DNA from: a virus
Lineage: Duplodnaviria > Caudoviricetes
IMG/VR virus record: IMGVR_UViG_3300016265_000701
Coordinates: 1-27,373 of that record
Direction: 5' to 3' (one strand)
Length of the DNA: 27,373 bases
A program made the position numbers and the translations under genes. The notes beneath the pieces were generated by a model. The model worked only from the letters and a program-made list of their open reading frames with translations. It made no database searches and was not told where the DNA came from. Shown piece by piece: positions 1-6,741 of this stretch; the first letter of the stretch is position 1; each line of letters starts with the position of its first letter.

Positions 1-695
1 GGCTTGTCCCAATCAAGCATCTTGGCAATGGCTTCGTCGGGGAGGTCTACGGTGTAGAGGTGGCCCTGCACTGCGTTAGCTTTGGCGGCTATTTCTTCTG
101 CTCGCGCTCCAAATGTTCTGCGCACTTGCGCCATGCCCTCGTCCGGGCCAAACACGGTAAGCAATTTTTTTGCTGCTGCTACTTCTTCGTCTGCAAAATT
201 CCCGGCAGGCATTTGCAAGGCGGTTACGTTTTTTTGATATTGCTTCGCCACATCCGGCGCTTCCGCAAAATACAGCCCATGCCCATAAGCCTGCGCGCCC
301 TCTCCCGTGCCGATTTTGGACAGGTCGAAGGCGTCGAACTTGTGCGGGCTGCCGTGATAGACGGTCGCCAGTGATGGCAGGAACGGCAAAGCTCCCAACG
401 CCGACAGCGCAAAGTTCCCCGGCGTCCGGCTTTCCGGTTCCGTGGCGTACATGTACGCGTCACTTATCGGCCCCAGTAAGTCACCGCTAGGGCCGGGGAG
501 CATCGAGGCCCCGGCTAGCAACTTACCAAGCCGCTGGGGCTTGTCGCGCTCTTGGGGCTGGCTGACGCCTCCAGGCGCGTTTACCGAGCCTGCCGGGGAC
601 GTGTCCGCGAACTGCTGCCAGTCCCACGCATCCGGCCCCATCGGGGCTTCGCGTTTCTTCAGGGCTTCCGCCAAGCGTTTCAGGTAGTCGCTCAT
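1..695 (-). CDS. Partial gene (3' end off-window): ADP-ribosyltransferase-like domain of the polyvalent-protein type (ART-PolyVal-like)
   Basis: Not in ORF track because it has no stop in the window. ATG at 695 overlaps the holin stop (ATGA). Hand translation is open to position 1: MSDYLKRLAEALKK...VYHGSPHKFDAFDLSKIGTGEGAQAYGHGLYFAE...GHLYTVDLPDEAIAKMLDWDKP. Confidence 0.8.
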   Translation of the reverse strand, partial: MSDYLKRLAEALKKREAPMGPDAWDWQQFADTSPAGSVNAPGGVSQPQERDKPQRLGKLLAGASMLPGPSGDLLGPISDAYMYATEPESRTPGNFALSALGALPFLPSLATVYHGSPHKFDAFDLSKIGTGEGAQAYGHGLYFAEAPDVAKQYQKNVTALQMPAGNFADEEVAAAKKLLTVFGPDEGMAQVRRTFGARAEEIAAKANAVQGHLYTVDLPDEAIAKMLDWDK

Positions 696-1108
696 TTCGC
701 CGCCTTGTTCAGCTTTTCCACCGTCCTGAGGCCGCCCAAACCGAGGAGGCCGCAGAGGATGACGAACAGGTCGCCCAGTTCAACCTGGGGAATAGGCTGG
801 TCCCCGCCGGACATCAGGAGAACCCAACTCGCCACCGGGCGGCCGATGTAGTGCCACGCGAGGGCACTGGCGCAAACCCAACCCACCGCAGGCCGCCATC
901 CCGATACGAATCTGTCAGGGTTGGCCGCCTCCACCTGATTGACGGCAGTCTGTTGGCGCATGGCCTCCAGTTCGGCGTCGATGGCCTTGAACTCGCCGGC
1001 TTGCCGCAGCTCCTCAAGGGCAATGGCCGCTTGGGCCTTCTGCGCGGGGTCGGGCCATGCCCGGTCCAAGACTTTGCCGATTACCTGGGCGATAGCGTCC
1101 CCAATCAC
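692..1108 (-). CDS. Holin, 3TM / GTA-holin-like family
   Basis: Motifs SGWRPAVGWVC and LLGLGGLRTVEK, hydrophobic helices, position downstream of the endolysin. Confidence 0.85.
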   Translation of the reverse strand: MIGDAIAQVIGKVLDRAWPDPAQKAQAAIALEELRQAGEFKAIDAELEAMRQQTAVNQVEAANPDRFVSGWRPAVGWVCASALAWHYIGRPVASWVLLMSGGDQPIPQVELGDLFVILCGLLGLGGLRTVEKLNKAAK

Positions 1109-1323
1109 TTGAACACTCCGACAACCCCGGCAACCTTCGCCATTGCGGCCCCGGCGGCACCAGCGGCACCACCCACCAACATCAGCGTTTTCCAGCCGCC
1201 TTTCGCTTCGGATAACACCCGGCGTATCTCCACAAGCTCGCGCCGCATCTCGCGCAGTTCGTACTCGAGGTTAGAGATTTTGGCGTGGTGTTCCCCGATT
1301 TGCTGGTGCAGTTCTTCCGACAT
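1105..1323 (-). CDS. Small coiled-coil plus C-terminal TM lysis-region protein (72 aa; holin/antiholin-like)
   Basis: Start moved from 1410 to ATG 1323, which follows GGGAGG. MSEELHQQIGEHHAKISNLE... coiled coil, then KGGWKTLMLVGGAAGAAGAAMAKV. Stop overlaps the holin start. Confidence 0.7.
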   Translation of the reverse strand: MSEELHQQIGEHHAKISNLEYELREMRRELVEIRRVLSEAKGGWKTLMLVGGAAGAAGAAMAKVAGVVGVFK

Positions 1324-1356
1324 CAATGCCTCCCACATCGAGATTGGCGCGGTTCT

Positions 1357-1380
1357 AAAAAGCAGGGCGGGACGCACTGC
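1357..1380 (-). terminator. Possible weak intrinsic terminator between the endolysin region and holin genes
   Basis: GCAGUGCG-UCC-CGCCCUGC followed by UUUUU; one mismatch in the stem and a 3-nt loop. Confidence 0.3.
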
Positions 1381-1422
1381 GCGTTTGAATTCGAGCTTGT
1401 CGGCGTCCATGCCGGCTTTGCG

Positions 1423-1466
1423 CTATGCCCTCCCGGCATGGCGGATGCTGAAATGGTTACCATCGG
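1423..1466 (-). pseudogene. Stranded duplicate of the endolysin 3' end (DGNHFSIRHAGRA*)
   Basis: 12 of 13 aa identical to the endolysin C-terminus at 2061-2102, but only 27 of 42 nt identical; offset is 638 nt. Confidence 0.8.
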
Positions 1467-1473
1467 CAAAATT

Positions 1474-1489
1474 TGATACACTTGCTTTA
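1474..1489 (+). promoter_or_regulatory. Candidate extended -10 promoter giving a leaderless HNH mRNA
   Basis: TG-a-TACACT (1474-1482), then 6 nt, then ATG at 1489. No Shine-Dalgarno upstream; locally AT-rich. Confidence 0.45.
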
Positions 1490-2079
1490 TGAATAGCATG
1501 ACGTGTTTCAATTGCGGCGCGGCAGTCGAAAAGCCGAACCCCAAGACTCAGCGGCATTTCTGCGGGATGGCGTGCTACGGCCAGTGGCAGCGCGGTCGAG
1601 CTTTTGCGGAGCAGGGGAAGAAGTGCCGGCCTGAGCGGAAATGCGGTGCCGAAGGATGTGAGCAAAAGCATTTTGGGCGGGGCTTCTGCCGCGTCCATTA
1701 CATCGCGGCGTTTTACCCTTCTAGGCCAAAGCCAAAAGTTCACGCCGGGGCTTGCGTACATTGCGGCGGCCCGAATTTCAATCGACACAAGGGCGCCAAA
1801 TACTGCTCTATGGCCTGCGCGGCAGAGAACAGGAAGAAGCCCTTTATCCTCAAGAAAGGCTACAAAAAACTTCTTATCCCGCACCACCCGCGCGCGGATA
1901 AAAAGGGCTATGTGTTTGAGCATATTGTCGTGGCCGAGGCGGCGATAGGGCGAGCCCTCCGCGCTGGCGAAGAAGTGCATCACGTAGACTTTAACCGCGC
2001 CAATAACCACCCGAGCAATCTTGAGGTGTGTGCCTCTCATGCCGAGCATATGAAACGCCATCACGCGCGCCCCGCATGA
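1489..2079 (+). CDS. Free-standing HNH homing endonuclease with N-terminal Cys/His zinc-finger modules
   Basis: C-terminal YVFEHIVVAEAAIGRAL...EEVHHVDFNRANNHPSNLEV; modules CFNC..FCGMAC, CGAEGC..FCRVHY and CVHC..YCSMAC. Antisense to neighbouring genes. Confidence 0.9.
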   Translation: MNSMTCFNCGAAVEKPNPKTQRHFCGMACYGQWQRGRAFAEQGKKCRPERKCGAEGCEQKHFGRGFCRVHYIAAFYPSRPKPKVHAGACVHCGGPNFNRHKGAKYCSMACAAENRKKPFILKKGYKKLLIPHHPRADKKGYVFEHIVVAEAAIGRALRAGEEVHHVDFNRANNHPSNLEVCASHAEHMKRHHARPA

Positions 2080-2429
2080 GTGATTGAAAAGTGGTTCCCA
2101 TCGGGCCGTGGCCGCCCTGCTGAATCTTTGAAACGACCACCCCATCGGCAGTCGGGGGCCAGGCTTTCCCAATACTCGCCGAGCTTCGTATACGCGGCGC
2201 TGTCGGTCTGGTAGACGCCATCGACGAACAGATTCAAATCTATCGCCAACCTTTCCACATGGAGGCTGTTGACGATTCCAATGCCACGTTGCGCGTTGAG
2301 CTTCGCCTGTTCCGGCGTGCGCCACGCCTCGCCGAACGTGAGTTCCATGCCGTTGTTGTAGGCGTATTCAATCAACAGCCCGACGAGTTTCACGAACCGC
2401 CGTTGCTTCTGGCCGAGGGTTTCGCTCAT
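2061..2429 (-). CDS. Endolysin, M15-family zinc peptidase (L-Ala-D-Glu peptidase-like)
   Basis: WRTPEQA...SLHVERLAIDL...WGGRF...DGNHF, matching the M15 R / SxHxxxxAxD / DxxH pattern. Confidence 0.88.
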   Translation of the reverse strand: MSETLGQKQRRFVKLVGLLIEYAYNNGMELTFGEAWRTPEQAKLNAQRGIGIVNSLHVERLAIDLNLFVDGVYQTDSAAYTKLGEYWESLAPDCRWGGRFKDSAGRPRPDGNHFSITHAGRA

Positions 2430-3121
2430 CGTCTCTTGTAATTCCCCAAAGCAGAGGCCAGTGCCTGACGGCCGGCGGTGACGGGGTTCCCGAACTGCCG
2501 TGCGACGTTGGCAGCCGTCTGAACCGGAGCCTTAATCGCGCCGCCGATTCCCCCAGGCACATTGATGGCAGGCGCAACGGCCGAGGCCGCGCCACCTAAC
2601 AGCGCGCCCCTCACACCACCACCCATGCCGCCCATCGCAGCACCTTGGGCGATTTTCGCCAGCCCCGCGCCGGGGAATGCCGCCATCGCGAGTCCGGGAA
2701 TCATCGCGCCGAACCCGGACGACAGCATTCCCGATGCGTTCGCCCGTTTGGTTTCCGCGTTTTTCCAGTCGCCGAAATTGCTCAACTGCTGGCCGTAATT
2801 CGCGAGTCCGCTCTGCCCGATGTCGGACATGATGTTTCGGGCATCGCCCCCACCCTGCCTTGAGACGTAGCCGGCGAACTCGGTTATCGGTTTCGCCTGC
2901 TGCTGTAACTGCGCGTATTGCTGCCCGCCTTGAACGGGGCGGTTAATCAGTCCGCGCAAAGCCACCTGGCGCCCGATAAGCGGGTTGGCCTGCTGCATGG
3001 CTAACTGCTGCTGATGCGCCGGGACCGCGCCGGTTACGTTGTTTGCATAGCCCTGCTGGATAGTCTGCCGTGGCCCGAATTGGGACATGGTCGGGCGAAG
3101 GAAATTGAAATTTGGGATCAT
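2426..3121 (-). CDS. Hypothetical protein, Gln-rich N-terminus and Gly/Ala glycine-zipper C-terminus
   Basis: 231 aa; start and stop overlap both neighbours; GAAMGGMGGGVRGALLGGAA segment. Confidence 0.7.
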   Translation of the reverse strand: MIPNFNFLRPTMSQFGPRQTIQQGYANNVTGAVPAHQQQLAMQQANPLIGRQVALRGLINRPVQGGQQYAQLQQQAKPITEFAGYVSRQGGGDARNIMSDIGQSGLANYGQQLSNFGDWKNAETKRANASGMLSSGFGAMIPGLAMAAFPGAGLAKIAQGAAMGGMGGGVRGALLGGAASAVAPAINVPGGIGGAIKAPVQTAANVARQFGNPVTAGRQALASALGNYKRR

Positions 3122-3552
3122 TCAGACACCACCCAATAATCGACAACGTAATTGACGCCGTAGGCGCAACCCTGCGGCCATGCCGCCTTCCCCTGCGCGC
3201 CACTGAGGTACACCTGGAAGCTGCGATTGGTCAGCGGGACAATCAGCGAGTGATTGCTGCGCTGTCCACCGCCGACGTGGGCCTCAACGGTCTGGCCGCG
3301 ATAACCGCCCCAAGGTTTTGAGGAATCCGGGCGGAAATTCACGGTGAGGTCGCACGTTTCCTGCTGATTGCCGTGCGAGATAATCAGCATTCCGGATAGC
3401 CCTACCGCCACAGCATTGCGCGGCGCTCTAGCGGATAGGTCGATAGTCTGGGTAATGCCCCATGGAAGGCCGGCGCTGCCGTACGAATTGGCAAAAACGG
3501 CCGTTGGTGCGGGCCAGCCCGCGAGCGCAATGGACAGTGCGGCGGCTATCAC
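3118..3552 (-). CDS. Hypothetical beta-rich protein with a signal-peptide-like N-terminus
   Basis: 144 aa; MIAAALSIALAGWPAPTAVFA; 4-nt overlaps with both neighbours. Confidence 0.7.
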   Translation of the reverse strand: MIAAALSIALAGWPAPTAVFANSYGSAGLPWGITQTIDLSARAPRNAVAVGLSGMLIISHGNQQETCDLTVNFRPDSSKPWGGYRGQTVEAHVGGGQRSNHSLIVPLTNRSFQVYLSGAQGKAAWPQGCAYGVNYVVDYWVVSE

Positions 3553-4559
3553 GGTTCGATTTCCGTAACAGACAGGCGGCAGGCGATGGTGCCGCCGAAT
3601 TTTCTTTCCGCCGTTGAGCCGTTCAGGACAATCGAGCCAGTAACGCCACCCCTCCCGGCCCGAATCCTGAATGTTGTTGCTGATGTGGTGCCTGCGGCCA
3701 TTTCGTGCCTTAGCACCAAGTTATACATATAGTCCTGAGTAGGGGGTGTAACAGCAGTGGCGGCCAGCGCATTAGCCGCCGAGTCCTGAAATAACGCCGC
3801 AACAACAGTGACTGCGCCAGTGGACGAAATCGGCAGCACGGTTTCGATGACTAGGCGATTTGTAGATCTCGTCGGCGTAATCGTCGCCGTCAAATACTCC
3901 GTGCCCTCGGTGTTCTGCGGAATGGTGTCGTCGTACGGGATTTGATTGGTGGTAGTCGCCCAAGTCGTGTAAGGCGCGGCCTCCACCCGCTGAACCACTC
4001 CGCGCCTGTCCGATTTCAACAACTGGAACCGCGTCCCGTCGTAAACCACCGTGACAATGGAGCCCGCCAGAATATCGCCCGTAACAAGGGGCAGCGTTCC
4101 ATTTTTCGTGACGGACTGGGCTGTGCCCACGCCGTTAATCTGGAGAGTTACCGCGCCGGTGTTTGCGCCCGCAGGGACGAACCGGAAAATCTGCCCCGCC
4201 GCGTACGCCGTGATGGCGGGGGACGCGTTGCCGGTGATCGTGTTTGTCCCAGAGACGGAAGTCAGCCACTGCGCCGAGCCGCTTTGCGCAGTCGCAGCAA
4301 CGGCGGAATCGAGGCTTTGAGCCTGCCCGTAGGTAATCGAGTCCGTCGAGGCCGAGCCGTTTCCTAGCCCCGTGAGCTTGAAATTGCCCATAGGCAAATT
4401 AGCCGTCGGCGGGGCCTGCCCGTCCCGTGGCATACTCCCCGTCAGGGCTGTAGCAAGGTCCGCCGTCAGGGTGTTGAACACCGTTGCATCAATCACCGTC
4501 CCGGTGGTTACGGGCTGTCCTGCGGGCCTGATGTAGTTGCCTGAGCCGTCTCGTGGCAT
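3549..4559 (-). CDS. Tail fibre / tail appendage protein
   Basis: N-terminal virion-attachment-type sequence MPRDGSGNY...PTANLPMGNFKLTGLG; middle AYAAGQIFRFVPAGANTGAVTLQINGVG...VVYDGTRFQL module; AGGA RBS. Confidence 0.8.
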   Translation of the reverse strand: MPRDGSGNYIRPAGQPVTTGTVIDATVFNTLTADLATALTGSMPRDGQAPPTANLPMGNFKLTGLGNGSASTDSITYGQAQSLDSAVAATAQSGSAQWLTSVSGTNTITGNASPAITAYAAGQIFRFVPAGANTGAVTLQINGVGTAQSVTKNGTLPLVTGDILAGSIVTVVYDGTRFQLLKSDRRGVVQRVEAAPYTTWATTTNQIPYDDTIPQNTEGTEYLTATITPTRSTNRLVIETVLPISSTGAVTVVAALFQDSAANALAATAVTPPTQDYMYNLVLRHEMAAGTTSATTFRIRAGRGGVTGSIVLNGSTAERKFGGTIACRLSVTEIEP

Positions 4560-4587
4560 GATTAAGTCCTGCGTTTAGGAGTGCGAC

Positions 4588-4734
4588 ATGGAACCGTGGC
4601 AGCTTGCGTTACTCATCAAGCCGTTTGGCATCCTGGGATTCTGGTTGCTGGCCGCTGTCATCGCCCGCGTTATCATGCGGCGCATCCCAGACGGCCGGGT
4701 TAAGCGGCTACTGTCCCGCCGCGTAGGCCCCTGA
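4588..4734 (+). CDS. Small antisense membrane protein (48 aa), possible superinfection-exclusion-type factor
   Basis: Below the ORF-track cutoff. AGGAG 7 nt before the ATG. MEPWQLALLIKPFGILGFWLLAAVIARVIMRRIPDGRVKRLLSRRVGP*: one TM helix and a basic tail. Fills the otherwise empty gap. Confidence 0.75.
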   Translation: MEPWQLALLIKPFGILGFWLLAAVIARVIMRRIPDGRVKRLLSRRVGP

Positions 4735-6741
4735 GCCGATAGACAGGGCCGGCAGCGAATAGCCGTACAAGGCCCGCGCCATCTGCTGCTGCTGGCTTGG
4801 GATGAGCGCCTGCTGAAGTTCCTGCGCCCGCGCCGGGTTCATCAGCGCCTCGACTAACCCGCGCTGAATTGCTTCGTCTGCCGGTCTGGCGACGGTATCC
4901 ACCGCCCGCCCCAGCGTTTGAGACAGCACGGACTCGCCCCACGATTCGGGAAGCCCCAGCGGGCCAGTGATTTGCCGCATGATGTTCTGGGACACCAGGT
5001 TTCGCGCAGTCGGCGAACCCCGCCCCAGCCCCTTGTCCGTCGCGCTTGCCGAACGGGCGAGGTATTCCTCGATTTCCCGCAAAGTCTGCATCTGGCCCGG
5101 GGCCATCAAGTCCTCCAGCGAACGATTGCGCATCCCTGTCGCGGACTTGATAAGGCTCGATGGATTCCTGAGCGCCTGCGCGTATTGCTCCGCTCTCACG
5201 CGAGACAGCGACGCGCCGGGGTTTTCCGAAAGCGCGGAGACCAGCTTGTCCTTCAGCGCGGTGCCAATGTCCATCTGATTGATGGGCCGGCTCATGTCGG
5301 CAAACAGCCGGTTCGCCTCCCGGTATTCCGGGACGGCCTTCCCTATTTGATTCGTGAGCGACTTCTTGAGCAACGTGAGTTCGCGCTTGACGGTCGAATT
5401 TGCCGGGTTCGCCAGAAGGGCGTTCACGTTATCGACGACTGACTTAACCTGCTGCGGGTTCTGCCGGATTACGAAGTCAGGCGTTTCGACAAAGCGTTTC
5501 GCAAGGTCCAGCGCCTCGGTGAACTGCTTCCCCTTCGGCTTGATTTTCCGCAGTTCGCTCAAGGCATCGTCGGCCGCAATCTGGCCGGTTTTCAGCCGGT
5601 GCAGAACCGTCCTGGCGGTTTTGATGTCGAGCGAACCCGGCGCTCCAGCGTTCCGCCCCTGCAGCGCGTCGTCCAGCACTTTCCATGCATCACGCCCGCG
5701 CTGCTCTGCGGGGTATGCCTCGAAAAGCGTCTCGCGGATTTCCCGCAGCGGCCCGGTAAGAGCCTTGTTCCCCGGGTTGGCATTGAGAACCCGGTCAATC
5801 AGGTTGACCGTGCGCGAGGTATCTACGAGCGCGTCCGAATCCCTGACCGCCGTGTAAAGCGGCTGCGTCGCCTGCCGTCGGGCGGCCACTGCGGCTTCCC
5901 GCGCAGCGTCATCACCCGCGACGCCGCCAATGGCCTGCCGAATCGCGCCGATGTTGGCATCCCGCTGCATGCTCAATGGCCCAGAAATGGCGGGGTCAAG
6001 GGAATCAGCGGCAATCGCCAGTCGCGCAAGCCCGGGGTCTTGCGATGCCTCCGCAAGGTTCATCTGCAGCCCGGGGATGTTCAGTCGCGCTCGCGCCGCG
6101 TCGTCTATCGCGTTCGGGTTGGTAGCGAATCGCTCCAGCGTTTCGGCGACGATTTGGTCGCGCCCGCGTGACGTGAACGGCTGAACCACGGCCTTCGCGA
6201 GCGAAGGGATAGCGTTACCCACCAACTGCCCGCCGCCGCCAAGGATGCCGCCGATTGCGGCCTGATTCAGCGCGCTCTCTCCCGCGCCTGTAGGCTGAAG
6301 GCCGCCCAGAAGGCCGCCAAGGGCCGCAGAGCCTGCGACCGTGTTCGCCCCGGGTATGGCAGCGGTCGCCGCGCCCAACGCAATATTGCCCGCCAGATTC
6401 CCCGCAAAACCACCGCCAGTTTCCAGCAATGCGCGGTCTGACTCCCGCGACTGGTCTATGCCCTGCTGAATGGATTTACCGGCGTCGCTTCCGTCCGTCG
6501 TGAACGTCTGCGCGATGCCCCGCCCGAGGTCCACGAACACCTTCCCAAGCCCCGCCCGCGCTTGGTCGATTCCCGACATATCTTCCGCCGCGTTAACCGG
6601 CGATTCCGTCAGCCCGACTTTCTTGTAGAAATCGGCCACCGGCATGTCGGAATAAAACTTCCGGTGCAGCGCGGTTGCCAGTTCCACGTCGCCCATGTCG
6701 TCGTACTGCGGGAACCGCATGCGGACTTCGCGCATATCCAT
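4708..6741 (-). CDS. Large DNA ejection / internal virion protein (P22 gp16-like position)
   Basis: 677 aa, helical and Ala-rich, glycine-zipper hydrophobic segment, N-terminal FPQYDDMGDVELATALHRKFYSD; third of three such genes after the nozzle. Confidence 0.75.
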   Translation of the reverse strand: MDMREVRMRFPQYDDMGDVELATALHRKFYSDMPVADFYKKVGLTESPVNAAEDMSGIDQARAGLGKVFVDLGRGIAQTFTTDGSDAGKSIQQGIDQSRESDRALLETGGGFAGNLAGNIALGAATAAIPGANTVAGSAALGGLLGGLQPTGAGESALNQAAIGGILGGGGQLVGNAIPSLAKAVVQPFTSRGRDQIVAETLERFATNPNAIDDAARARLNIPGLQMNLAEASQDPGLARLAIAADSLDPAISGPLSMQRDANIGAIRQAIGGVAGDDAAREAAVAARRQATQPLYTAVRDSDALVDTSRTVNLIDRVLNANPGNKALTGPLREIRETLFEAYPAEQRGRDAWKVLDDALQGRNAGAPGSLDIKTARTVLHRLKTGQIAADDALSELRKIKPKGKQFTEALDLAKRFVETPDFVIRQNPQQVKSVVDNVNALLANPANSTVKRELTLLKKSLTNQIGKAVPEYREANRLFADMSRPINQMDIGTALKDKLVSALSENPGASLSRVRAEQYAQALRNPSSLIKSATGMRNRSLEDLMAPGQMQTLREIEEYLARSASATDKGLGRGSPTARNLVSQNIMRQITGPLGLPESWGESVLSQTLGRAVDTVARPADEAIQRGLVEALMNPARAQELQQALIPSQQQQMARALYGYSLPALSIGSGAYAAGQ

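Noticed and set aside
1467-2097. HNH insertion as a group I or II intron in the endolysin
   Set aside because: No P7 pair or group II ends were found, and the HNH ORF fills almost the whole interval on the opposite strand.
1423-2325. 300-aa minus-strand ORF ending in the second endolysin tail
   Set aside because: It is the codon-aligned antisense shadow of the HNH gene, out of frame with the endolysin, and not protein-like except for its last 13 aa. A frameshift fusion cannot be strictly excluded, but I saw no slippery site.
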